Shown: piece by piece, positions 1 through 11,700 of the stretch
Position numbering within the stretch: the stretch's first letter is position 1
Layout: each line of letters opens with the position of its first letter
From: Chlorokybus atmophyticus
Lineage: Eukaryota; Plantae; Mesostigma and Chlorokybus algae
Assembly: GCA_009103225.1 (NCBI GenBank)
Contig: RHPI01002533.1
Location: 1,171,842-1,235,841 of the forward strand
DNA: 64,000 bases
Reading direction: 5' to 3'
Translations under genes and position numbers: made by a program
Notes under the pieces: model-generated
Told to the model about the DNA's origin: nothing
The model's input: the letters and a program-made list of their open reading frames with translations, nothing else
The model's database searches: none

Positions 1-1304
1 AACATAGAAAGGTAGGTTGCTGGCAGTGGTTTGGCAAGCGTACACAGGCATTAAACACGCCAGTTGGTCGCCGCGCTGCACAGTTGTGCATGCGGCGCCG
101 TACAGCGCGCGTGAGCCTGTCATGTCAGCCTGCGACTTGCAGGACTGTGCTTCTATTTTAAAAATCTCTGACTGCAGCGACTTACCGGAGAGCTTGTGGC
201 TCTACGGCATCTGCATCGTTAACCATCGATGATTGCAGCCGCCTTTGCCAGACGGCCCAGATGGACGCCAGCGCCACTAATTAAAGATCTGAGACTCGCT
301 GGATCCCCCTGCGTCATGAAAGCTTGCCAGTTTGGGCCAACTGTGAGCCAATTAAAGACTCAAGTGCTGGGTCGGACATCAAAAGCTCTGCGCGTGCGGC
401 TGATGAACGCCCGCGCGGCCTGACACCTTCTGGAACATAGGGGGATTTACCACGCGTTTTGCATGAACTGACGCAGGGGGCGGGTGGGAAGCCAGCTCTG
501 CTAGGGTTTCGACAATCTTGCGCATTGATTGTGGCGACTGACCCTTAAGTTGACTGTGAAGGGCACACTCCCTACTGTACCGTGGCATATTTCTGCTGCT
601 CCGTGCACTTGTTGCTGTCGCTGTCTCTGTCTTTGGGGTCGTCTTCGCCGTCGTTGTTCCCATTGTCGTTGGGTGTTCTCTTTGCCTACGGCAAGGAGCG
701 CTGTTGTGCGCTGCTGGGTGCAGCTGTCAAGCTGGCGTTGCTTTGGACCACGTTATCAACGGTGAGTTGTCAGCTGGTTGCCAAGCAACTGGCCTATCGT
801 TGATGGTTGCAGACTCCTTATGCGTTGGGTTGCGTCCGTTTACGCATTCATGCTGCTGAGTTTGCCCTACTTGATGTGAACATTGCTTGGGGTGCTTGTA
901 GTGTTTGTCTTGAGGCATGACAGTTAGGGTTGAGGTCAAAGGATGGTACTGGTGTGTTTTGGGTAGGCGTACAGTGGTGTTAACGAGTCGCTTATTATTT
1001 TGGGGCGATGCGTTTACAAACCTGTAGAATTAGTTGCAGCGGTCAGTTTTTTGCATTGTGCAAGCGCAGCGGTCTACTCGGTTACACTGCTTGCACGCTT
1101 GCTCTTGTTTGTCGCATATATGTACAAGCACATGAGAGTGGCATCATGTCACCATCCATCATAGGTAGTTGCATAGTCTTGCATACGCAAATGACGTTGC
1201 CACCGCTGCAGAGTAAGAACTGCGCGCTTGCTCTTCTTTGTCATATTGTATGCAAGCACATCATAGTAGCATTCTGTCACAAATGGTAGTTGCACAGGCA
1301 GCTG

Positions 1305-1334
1305 ATGACGTTGTGGCCGCCGCAGAGTAATTGA
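1305..1334 (+). promoter_or_regulatory. Candidate 'tiny' upstream ORF (MTLWPPQSN*) ending 2 nt before the small-uORF ATG
   Basis: ATG ACG TTG TGG CCG CCG CAG AGT AAT TGA cc ATG. It is in the mRNA only if the acceptor at 1297 (ttgcacag) is used rather than 1325 (ccgcag). Its position resembles the plant AdoMetDC tiny uORF. Confidence 0.3.
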
Positions 1335-1336
1335 CC

Positions 1337-1576
1337 ATGGAGACCAAGGGTGGCAAGTCAAAGACCACGTACTCTGAGTTTCGCCTGCAATATATTGTGG
1401 AAGACGTGCGCGCAGACGGAATCCCTAAGTTTCACACTGCTGCATACGCAGACGTAAGTGATGTGGTATTACGCAAGCTTCTTGGTGTGTCTGTTTGCAC
1501 GTTTTCTCAAGCTGAAGATCAATCACGGGTACTGACATGGTGTTGTATTGTGCAGTGTGTGCGAAAGCCTTCCTGA
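1337..1576 (+). CDS. Conserved 'small' uORF peptide of the plant AdoMetDC 5' leader, join(1337..1453,1556..1576), 45 aa
   Basis: Spliced product METKGGKSKTTYSEFRLQYIVEDVRADGIPKFHTAAYADCVRKPS*. It matches the land-plant consensus MExKGGK...LGYxIEDVRPxGGIKKFRSAAYSNCxRKPS. The intron is GTAAGT(1454)...TGCAG(1555). Confidence 0.93.
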   Translation: METKGGKSKTTYSEFRLQYIVEDVRADGIPKFHTAAYADVSDVVLRKLLGVSVCTFSQAEDQSRVLTWCCIVQCVRKPS

Positions 1577-1732
1577 TAGCGGTTAAGTAGTTTAGCTTTT
1601 TCCCCTGCTGAGGCTATTTAGGAGCAGCCCGCGCCAAGACGGCAGCGGGCCAAGTCCGGGTCACCCCACCCACCCATCCACCCTTTGTCGGGTGCTATCG
1701 CTTCGTGTGTGTCTGTCTAGTTTCCAGCTGCC

Positions 1733-4501
1733 ATGGGAATGCCTGACATTCACGGAGACGAGCCGGTCGCTGTGCCTCCCACTTCGGTGGTGGAGTGCCT
1801 CCCGGCTCCAGGTTTTGAGGGTTTCGAGAAGCGCCTCGAACTGGATTTCTACCCGCCCAAGTCACGATCTGACAAGGGCCTACGACAGTTGACTCGACCC
1901 CAGCTGGACAAGATGTTACAGATTGCCGAGTGCACCATTATTTCCCAGCTGAGCAACGACTTTTTTGACTCCTATGTGTTGTCGGAGTCGAGTCTCTTTG
2001 TCTACCCGACAAAGCTGGTGCTGAAGACATGTGGCACTACGGCACTGTTGAAGGTACACTTTGTTTTTGCCTTGCTTGTTTTTGGCCTGTTGTGCTTAAT
2101 GGCTCTGTAGCTTACTCTGCAAGTCTCATGGGTTTTTTGTTGTATAGTTTGGCCAGTTGCACTTGTTGACATTGCAGCTCAGTCTTCTGCGAGTCTCATG
2201 GTTGTTCTGTTGTAGGCTGTGCCAAGCATCCTGGAGCTAGCAGGCCAGTTGAAGATGCCAATTCGCCGCGTGAAGTTCTCTCGTGGAACTTTCATGTTTC
2301 CTCAAGTCCAGCCATACCCTCATGGTAGCTTTGAACAGGAGACGGAGTTCCTGGAACGCTACTTTGGCAAGTTGGCTGGCGGCAGTAGAGCATTCGTGCT
2401 AGGTGATGCGCTAGGTGGGGGGCCGCACTGGCATGTCTACACTGCTGATGCCGAGGAAGTGGCAACTGAGTGCCATCGCACAATTGAAGTCTGCATGACG
2501 GAGCTGGACGAAGCCAAGGCTGCACAGTTCTTCCGCGGTCCAGACTACGTCAGTGCTGCAGAGACTACGAGGACCTCCGCAATCAATGAGCTTATTCCAA
2601 GTATGGAGATTGATGCCTTCATGTTTGAGCCATGCGGCTACTCCATGAACGGAGTTGACGGTGCAGCGCACAGCACCATCCATGTGACACCTGAGTCTGG
2701 CTTCAGCTATGCCAGTTTTGAGGCCAGTGGCTGTGGCAGCGATCTGGACATCCATGCACTGCTGGCAAGGGTGCTGAGCGTTTTCAAGCCAGGGCGTGTG
2801 TCTGTGGCAGTCACCATTGATGGTGCCTTGGCTGCAAAGCAGGGCATGTGGCCCATGGCTGTTTCTCCTGCGGGATACAAGGCCTTGAACGGGACACAGC
2901 AGTCGCTGCTTAATGGCGGAAGTGTTGCCTTCTATAACTTCACTCTTAATGACGGACGCCCCCTGCGCGCAGCTCGGCGCGAACTGACGGCTACTGGCAC
3001 TGCCTCCAAGGGAGGCAGCGGATCTGCTAACTGTGCCACTGCAGTCACCTCCGTGGCAAAGAAGGCCCAGCTGGAGGAGCAAGCTTTGCTGAAGCAAGTC
3101 AGCAAGCATGTTGATGCAGGCGACCTTGAAGCTGTGTATGATGCGTTTGGTGCTGTGCGCTTGGGCGGGAAGTCCATGTCTGCCGAGTACGATCGCTTCG
3201 CCAAGAGTTGCATTGTGGAGCAAGACTTGCAGGAGACATTCTATGTCATGGATTTGGGTGCAGTAGAGCGGCGCTGGGCGGAGTGGACACGTCTGCTGCC
3301 ACGGGTGCAGGCCTATTATGCTGTCAAGTGCAACCCTGACAATGCTTTGCTGGCTGTGCTTGCTGCCCAAGGCGCCGGGTTCGACGTTGCCAGCAAGGCC
3401 GAGCTGTGCAAAGTCATGCAGCTTGGAGTGACTTCCGATCGCATCGTGTTCTCCAACCCCTGCAAACTTCCGGCGCACATTGCGCATGCTGCTGCAGCTG
3501 GTGTCCACCTGATGTCTTTCGATGCTGAGTCGGAGTTGCACAAGGTCAAGGTGTCAGATCCGAACGCAAGGATGTTGCTGCGCATCCGAGCGGATGACAA
3601 GCATGCCAGGTGTCCACTGGGCGTAAAGTACGGTGCGGAGCTGGCGGAAGTTGAGCACCTGCTTCGGACTGCACAGCACCTCGGTGTGAGAGTGGAGGGT
3701 GTAGACTTCCATGTCGGCAGCGGGGCAAGCGATCCAGGTGCATTCTCTGCAGCGATTGAAGCTGCTCGCCATGTGTTTGAGCTTGCGGAGCAGCTCGGGC
3801 TCCCCCAGATGACTGTCCTCGACATTGGTGGTGGATTTTCTGGTGGTGGCATAGCTGATGGTCTTTCCTTCGCGGACGTCGCCCATGCTATCAATGTTGC
3901 CTTGGATCTGCACTTCCCGACCAGCTCCGGGGTGAGGGTGATAGCAGAGCCAGGCAGGTTCTTTGCAGAGTCGGCCGCAGCATTGGCGAGCAACATCTTT
4001 GGAACGCGCCTCAGGCGCAGCAACTCTGGCGAGCGCGTCCAGGAGTACTGGATCAGTGACGGTCTGTACGGTTCCATGAACTGCCTTCTGTATGATCATG
4101 CCACTCTCTTCGTCCGACCTCTTCAGCCTCATGGTGACACTGCCACTGGCTCCAAGCTGTACCGCTCCACTGTTTTTGGGCCAACTTGTGATGGTCTGGA
4201 CACGGTTCTGAAGGACACCTGGCTGCCTCAGCTTGCTTGCGAAGATTGGCTTATGTTTTCTGACATGGGAGCCTATACCATGGCTGCTGGCAGCAATTTC
4301 AACGGCTTCGACAGCACTGCTGCTCCGGTGTTCTATGTTCGCTCCAGCACTGCAACCGCAGGGGACAGTGACAGTGACATGGAAGACGGCGAAGTGGACT
4401 ATAACAGCGAGGGACCTGCAGTGTCTGACCGCGGCCAGTTTTCCAGTGATTCGGGCGCAGACAGCGATGGTAGCGAAGGCAGTGACGTAACCATGGTGTA
4501 G
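1733..4501 (+). CDS. SAMDC/ODC: Bifunctional S-adenosylmethionine decarboxylase - ornithine decarboxylase fusion, join(1733..2053,2216..4501), about 868 aa
   Basis: N-terminal half: [10 protein letters not shown], the pyruvoyl self-cleavage site [27 protein letters not shown] and [14 protein letters not shown]-terminal half: FYVMDLG, the PLP lysine in [54 protein letters not shown] and MGAYT. The junction between the domains lies inside one uninterrupted exon. Confidence 0.96.
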
Positions 4502-6179
4502 TTGTACAACTGTTGTGATAGTTTTGTTTTGGCCAGTTGCGACTATTTTTTGTTGTGATTCTTACTTGGCTCGAGTTGAAGCCGTCAGCGTTTTTGTACG
4601 TTGTGTCGTGGGTCTTGACTGTCAGTGTCAGTGTTGTCGCTACTCAAGCCACATTGTTGTCTGTGCATGATGGCATTTGCTGCTGCTCGCACACGGAAAG
4701 GTTGGCAGTTCTACATCACTGGTACCATGTGTAGTACAATGCACCGCAACTAACATGTAATGCAGCCTTTCCATGCGTGGCCTGCAGCAGGCGCAGGCAA
4801 CAGCACTGCAGCAATGGCGCCACCAGTGCAATGCAGTGTTGCGCTATGTTGAAGGCAGCCGCTGTTGAGGCCAGCCACCATTCTGGCAGCTGCGGCATAA
4901 ACTGTGCAGCGTCGAGTCCTTTCAATGCACGTATATAATGCCTTTGCCTACGTAGAACATCAAAGCTTGCACGCTTGTGGAATGCGTGTGCCTGTGGGCA
5001 GGGCTGCTGCGGGTGAGCGCGTCTACAGTGTAACACCAATCATGATACAGCTCTTTGATAATGTCTAGCAGCGCTTACAAATGCACATACTATCACCAGG
5101 TCAAATATGCTACCACACATGGCAACAGAGCATGCACCATGACAAGCAAGCATGCATGCTCCATTGACAAACTACGAGCACTGCTAAGCGTTGTACAGCG
5201 ATGACAACCTGTGAGAGACATCCATGTTATGTTACATGCAAACTGCAACCGACTGCACTGGCAACAAGTTGATAAGCTGCTTCATCTGAACAAGGCGGTG
5301 CTAGACTCATGGAAGTGTTTGCTACATGCTGACGATGACCATAGCTAGACGTACATCTTGTCATTGCCCTACTCAAGGCTATCACTCTATATCACTCCAC
5401 CCAATCTGAACCCTCTCGCACGCGGTAAGGCAGCAGCTTGCTGGCTAGCTGCCGCTTGAGAGTCTGCAACTCATATTTTTGTGAAGCATACACGCAAGTG
5501 TTGTATAAAGCATATTAAGGTAACACAGATGATGGGAGTGTGACATACAACAGCAAGATGGGTGCCTGGTGCAGGCAGCTGTGGGTGAGATGCAAGCGTG
5601 TGTGGGCGTGGTGACAGCGCAGGATCCTCCAAGTTTATTGAAGTATTTTGAAGTATTTTTGAAGTTCAAGCAGTGCTGGATGAAGCTGCCAACAAGAAAA
5701 TGATCATAAGCGCTTGCATCCTCGCTCAAACTGACAAAGATGTTTAGGCTAAGACTACGTGGTGTGCTAGATAAGAATGACATTACCTGCCGGCGCTGTA
5801 TTTGCAAGAGAATGACATCTGACTGGCGCTTTGCCTCAAGCAGCAATTGCAGCTCTTCTTTACTTCTTATCACGACTGCGATTCCACAACACGGGGTTAT
5901 TAACTCCTAAATGCTCATCATTGGCAGTGCACACTTGGTGTCCATGCACATCAGCTTTCTTCACACAAACATCAAGCTAACAACCATTACAATCACACCA
6001 GAACCACATACGTCGAGCGTCGAACACACTCCTTGTGTCCGTCAGTGCTGAGCGCTTGAGTGGCGAGAATGCCAAGCTGCAAAAGGCGAGTGCAACAATG
6101 TGGCCTTCTAAGTCGTTATGGAATCCATGAATGTTGAATTGTACTGCTAAATGATTCAGCTATGTTTTTGTTGTGCATG

Positions 6180-6790
6180 CAGGGAGCGCTTGCATGACGG
6201 GCGTGGAGGACATCTGCTAGCATGCACGTTGGAGGGCACCGCATCCGCATGCATGACACTGTGCGTGATGTCGTCGAAGTGATCACATGCGAGGCGGGGT
6301 TTACGGTCATACGGGAGCAGCTGGGTTGTCAGCCCGTGAGTCGCACGGTAAAGGCGAGGCACATGGTCGGCGCATGAACATGATGGCATCAGAGCCAGGC
6401 AACGATGCCAGATTGCTGTTGGACATGACGATCATTGTATCACTAGCCGTAGCTGATGCAGGCGCACGCGCGGCCTATTAGGGGAAGAGGCGGAAGTATC
6501 ACGACCACTATCCCGCTGACACATTCGTCCCGCTGCAGCTGGCTATGGAGACTTGCGGTTGGGTGGGGGAGCCATTCGTGTGGCTGCTCACAAATTGTGC
6601 GCGCCGAGTGGTGCAGCTGCGGGGCATCGAAGTGCGATACATGGTGCGCTTCGTGGCCAAGTATTGCCAGCGAGTGTCGGTAACACTATAGCAAGCACAA
6701 GCGACGGCGGTGCTGGCGCTCACCGTCCGCCTCACCAGGAGACGCCAGGACGACACGCTCCCCGTGACGGCTCTGGCTAACGTTGATGCT
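6180..6790 (+). mobile_element. 3' fragment of an RLE-type (CRE-like) non-LTR retrotransposon, decayed
   Basis: Across frameshifts it reads RMHDTVRDVVEVITCEAGFTVIRE...LLLDMTI...AY*GKRRKYHDHYPADTFVP..METCG...QRVSVTL*QAQA. This is the RHD / D / K..KY / P...E..G pattern of restriction-like endonuclease domains. Confidence 0.7.
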
Positions 6791-7479
6791 CCAACTCATG
6801 ATGATGTAATGTAGTGATTATACACATGTGTGGTAGTGATGATGTTAGTGGTTAAATTAGGCGTGATACTACTAGCCCACGGACCCATGCATTTCCATGT
6901 AATACACTTCTCCATTTTTGCTGCCCATAGTTTGCTTGGGTTGTTGATGGTAAGTTAAACATGTTGCTTTGTGGATGGTAAGGTAGACATCTCGCGAGGT
7001 GTTAGCTGCCCCCATCGTTCATTTGGTCGTTATGGACAATTTAAGGTTGACAGCGGCTTGATTGTCCATCGTTCAACAAAGTTTAATTGGTTGTGTAAAA
7101 GCGGCATGCAGTGATGCAGCGGCACGAACCACTGTTATCCGTCTATTGCACTCTTGATGTTGTGGAATTTGTGCTATTTAACATGTATTAAAAGGTATTG
7201 CCGTATCAATGGGTGCATGCATAATGTTTTTACAATGAGCTGGGAGGGATTGGCAAGTATTTGCTATTGTCACTGCACACACACGCTTAAGCACTCCGCT
7301 CGTAAGCTGCAAACGCACGATGCTTGTCAAAGGCCTTGTTGGCCTGGTTTGTGATGAGGGTAGACTGCTACAGCTGTCCCTCGCTGCTGATGTACAGCAG
7401 TAACGACCGCATTGAGCGCATCCTCCTCTTGACAGGCAAGGTGATCCTCTAGCCTGTCTACTATACGCGCTCGTGCATG

Positions 7480-7665
7480 CCCGCGTGGTTAGTGATGTCA
7501 TTGCCCACTACACCACCGTGTTGTCTCCCATGTACGTCGATGACACATTCTTGGTTGGCCCGGCTGAGGACGCAGCGGCGGCAGCAGCGAAGGTGCGCGC
7601 TGCTTTAAAGGCAGTGGGCCTGCATGTGCGTTGGAACATATCGTGCGCCTTCAGCCGTTTTGAGG
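7480..7665 (+). mobile_element. Non-LTR retrotransposon reverse transcriptase fragment (YVDD), interrupted by the Ty3 fragment downstream
   Basis: MYVDDTFLVGPAEDAAAAAAKVRAALKAVGLHV matches the catalytic YxDD motif and the following helix of LINE RTs. Confidence 0.7.
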
Positions 7666-7689
7666 TTCCTAGCATCTTGTTCACTTAGA

Positions 7690-8850
7690 ACCAACCCAGA
7701 TTAGATTCACGGGTGAAGATTTCGCCCATGCATTTTTCAAGAGATGGTATTCACAACATGGTATGCCCATAGACATAAGCTCGGATAGGGATTCGCGGTT
7801 TACCTCGGCATTTTGGTGAGAATCGTGCCAAGCCTTAAATATTGAGGTACAAATGTCAACCGCGTTTCATCCTCAAACGGATGGGCAAACCGAAAAAGTG
7901 AATTAAACGGTAGAACAACTTTTGAGGCATTACTCATTAAAGAACGTAAGGGATTGGGACACATATCTCCTTTTTGTTGAGTATGCCATAAATGACTCAG
8001 TGAATGAGTCAACGGGGATGACTCCCTTTTTGCTTGGAACCGGCCGTCACCCATTGAGCCCAATTGAAGCTATGGGCAAAAGAATGGGTGGGAAGAAAAG
8101 GGTGAACCCATCAGCCGAAATATTGGCCAATCGATTAGGGCAAGTGCAAAATGAGGCCACAAGGGCCTTTAAGGCCACTCAAAATCGTATGCGCCAATAT
8201 GCCGATGCTCATAAGGCGGAGGCCGTTTTTCAAGTAGGTCAGCACGTCCTACTTAGTGAAAAATATTCAAGTGCATTGGCTCCTACAATAGAAGGGGTCA
8301 GAAACTTATTACCACGATGGCTTGGACCATTTAAAGTAATAATCAAGATAGGGAGGTAAGTTATGAATTTGACTTGCCATCAGCCTTGAAAATGCATAAT
8401 GTTTCCATGCCTCGGCGATAAGAAATTACCGCTCAGATGGGTTGGTGAAACCACCACCACCCCCAATATTTTTTGAAGGAGATTGGGAGTATGAAGTCGA
8501 AGGAATTATGACTTATAAACGCTGAGATAATACAGGCGGCCGATCTCTAAATTATTTTATGAAATGGAAGGGCCACTCGGTGGAAGCGTGCCAATGGGTT
8601 AACAAACCTGACATGCATTGTCCTCTTCTAAAATAAAGATATTGGAGAGACCTCACAGCGGGCCAACAATGTAGTCCAGGTAGTCCATTTCTTGAAAAGA
8701 TATCCACCTTTGGAAGAAAACTACACGATGTAACCTATTAAAGTATTGATCATGCTTTGCGTGTCCTATGTAAAAGAAGCGTGTATGCACTCCGCGTGGA
8801 CGCGCAGTGATTAAGTTGAGCGGGACGCTCAACACCTAAGGTGGGAGCAT
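7690..8850 (+). mobile_element. Ty3/gypsy (chromovirus-like) integrase C-terminus plus chromodomain, decayed
   Basis: LRHY...DWDTYLLFVEYAINDSVNESTGMTPF, WLGPFKV and LKMHNVFH, then WEYEVEGI...YFMKWKGHS..CQWV (chromodomain). A polypurine tract, aaggtgggagcat, lies at 8838-8850. Confidence 0.85.
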
Positions 8851-10535
8851 TGTTACGGCATAGCTATTTAGCTAGCCATGTACAGTGTGTAAATGAATGT
8901 TAATTAGCGAAAGACAAAGGTTTAATAACCTTGTTTATATCTCAGTTTGTTACAGCTTGTAACATGCATGATGCTTTGTGAATGCATGTGTTTGTGTTTA
9001 TGCTTTGGCATGAATGCGTGACATCGCTAATTAAAGACCTGGCTAATTAAGATGCATGAAAATGCTTTTAATTAAAATGATTAGACTAGGAATAACCTTA
9101 TGTATGTATGTATGGGCATCTTAAACAGGAAGATAAGAGCACATTGACTTGAATATTGTGATCTATTTGGGTGATGTAGGGTTATGGGCTCAATCACTTG
9201 AAGCATCAGGAAAAAGAGCATGTATAATTATAGGGTTCATTTGAGGCCTTCCAAGGCGGCCCATGTGAATCATGAAAACATGTACCTAATATATAAGAAC
9301 GCGCTACCTACTTACCTACTTAATAGATTGCTAATTAGTGAAGTAGCGATTACCCGAAAATGCAAGGAATAACCTAAATAAGCGCCGCGAGTTATTCACG
9401 CGGCGCTCCTTTTTTTTAGGTTAAAATGCCACCCGCGACTGGCAATCGCGGGCGCCTACCAAGTAGGTATGAAAGGCATTCGCGAGAACTAAGGTTAGTT
9501 TATGAGTGAACTAACAGAACAGTTCACAAGTGAACTAAAGTGAATCAACCGATTAACTCACTTAGGACAATCCTAGTTCGCCAATTGATATAAGGGCGAA
9601 TTAGGCCTAATTATTTCAAGCAAAGGGTACTAGGTTATTCGCGAAAAAAGTGAATCAAATTAATTCATTGAACTATTCGTGAAAGTAAATTACAAATAAT
9701 TCATGTACCTTAGAGAGCTAAGCGAACCAACGAGCGGCAAAGATGAAACATGATGAATTAATGAGTTCACCTGTGAACTAAATAGTTCATAAGTGAACAA
9801 AACTTTAGTTCACAGTATCGGGGGAAGATGCCGCGAAAACGGCTAAGTCCCCAAGGGCCGCTAGGTGCATATGTAAGGGGGGCCGACGCCGCCCCCCATC
9901 ACCGCACGCAAGAAATCGGTTGTTGTAGAATACCAAAGGGTGTTGGTTTTTAAAGTGAATTAACAAACAGTTCATAGACTTTAGTTCACTAGTGAATTAA
10001 TGCTGAAATTAAAAATTAAACGATAGGGCAATAGGCGGTGCCTAAGCCAAGTATTAAAAGATGAACTATAAAAATAGTTCGTTCACACGCGACAAATTGT
10101 CGCGAAAATGGCTAAGGCATAGAGCGACGTACGCAAAGCGCGCGACGCCAGCTCCCAGTACAGCGGGAGGAATTTGCCCTTAAGAAAATTGTTGGGTGCA
10201 TTAAAGGTTGCTAGTGAGCAAAGTGTCCAAGGTTTTAAGGGCTCTAAGTGGGCTAAGAGTGAACTAGCGACAGGCTAAGAGTCTGGAAAAGTTCCTAGCA
10301 AAGCATAGGTTGATTTTCTCAACCTTAAGTGGGTAGCTAGTCGCAGGTCAGCAGGGCCGACTTGGGGGCGCGGCAAAAGCTTGGGACTAAGGTGAGGCCC
10401 AAGTGATTCATGTTCCCATAACCCCTAGTTACTTAGTAGTTGTTAATTCAACGACCGGTGGTTAGGAGGGTGTACGGTCACATGTACATAAGTTTGGGTT
10501 TGTATTATGTGATACCCTACAATGCCGTCGTAACA
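8851..10535 (+). repeat. 3' LTR (1685 bp) of the chromodomain Ty3/gypsy element
   Basis: Begins TGTTACG directly after the PPT and ends CGTAACA, a perfect 7-bp terminal inverted repeat. It is AT-rich, and LINE-like coding sequence resumes directly afterwards. Confidence 0.8.
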
Positions 10536-11700
10536 GGCCCCTTCAACAGCTGTTCGCGATCAGCTTAGCCTTGAACAGGGCTTTGCTAGACTGTTTTGCC
10601 CACGTCATGCATATGGCGGACGTTCCAGAGGTGCTCAGCTCGGGCGTACGTTAGTAACTAGCATTGCCTCATGCTATGGGCGGCGTTGGCCTGCGCGACG
10701 ACCACGGCCAAGGTGGCGCCGGCAGCATTTCTTAGCAGTTGAGCGATGGCGCGCCATCCTGCGCGGCTATGCTCATTTGTCGCTTTGCATCGGTGGGGTC
10801 TACGCCTAATTTCAATCTTATGGTTGACATTATCACTTATTCTAGCCCTTTTATCACTCTCTGAGTGGTTAGAGGGCTCAACCGCTCGCTGAAAGGGGCC
10901 CCCTTTTAGCGTTGCGTGATTCGGCTTCTTAACTGACACAACACTTTGCACCAAAGTCTTTGGGTGCTTTCACAACGTCACAGAGCCTGCGTCTGCAGCA
11001 GAATCTCACCACAGCCATTGACACCACAGCTCGCGCTCAGCATGATTTCGGTCGCGGACGCTGCTCGCTTGCAGTCGGCTTCATTGGCCACACCCATTCC
11101 TGGCATACGTGCAGCTTTATTCATGTGGTTATTAGCTCACCAGTACCCGAGACGAGCATATGACATCTTGTATGCGCCACGGCCATTGCATTGTGTCACA
11201 TGATGCTGTGCGCAAAGCTGTTGATGGCATCATGCGGGAGGCGAGCAACGTCATCTGTTGCGAGAAGACAAGGGTACTGCCTATCGGAAAGGGTGAGCGT
11301 CAAAGTCGTATGGACATCGATGCCTTTGAGAGGGGTCGAGACTTGCACATGCTGCTCGTTGTTACCATCACCATCACCGGCAACCACTACCTAGCGGGAT
11401 GAGCTGCGCGGAGCGCAAGAAGCGCTCAATGTACGCCGACGATTTTTCTACAGACACACTGACCTCGTTGGTAATCGAGTCGCGTTTGGATGGGTTGCTT
11501 GTTGATGGACTTGTTCGCCACTTGTGCTCGCGCCGAGCGTTGAATGCTCGTGAGTTGGAGACGCGATATCTATTACGCATTGTGATTGCCTTACGGAAGG
11601 CGGCGCATATCCGTCACGTTCCAGCATGTGCAGGCCACATCCATTATGGCTCTAGCTGCAGCTGCAGCGCATGCAGCCCTCTCCTTGCATGTGTACGATA
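10536..11700 (+). mobile_element. Downstream part of an RLE-type (CRE-like) LINE, decayed
   Basis: LPHAMGGVGLR (thumb motif LP..GGLG), SHDAVRKAVDGIMREA, RMDI, AERKKRSMY...LVIES and RYLLRIVIALRK, which together give the RLE signature. Confidence 0.65.

Noticed and set aside
2930-3240. Programmed frameshift or readthrough between SAMDC and ODC (antizyme-like control)
   Set aside because: The frame is continuous with no stop, so no recoding is needed.
2292-4233. Long antisense/alternate-frame ORFs (e.g. 2411-3541, 3316-4077, 3554-4132)
   Set aside because: Shadows of the GC-rich SAMDC-ODC coding strand; no motifs.
4920-5873. Possible decayed cNMP-domain exons on the minus strand (also about 12900-13800)
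   Set aside because: Only faint motif resemblance with multiple stops; not enough support to call.
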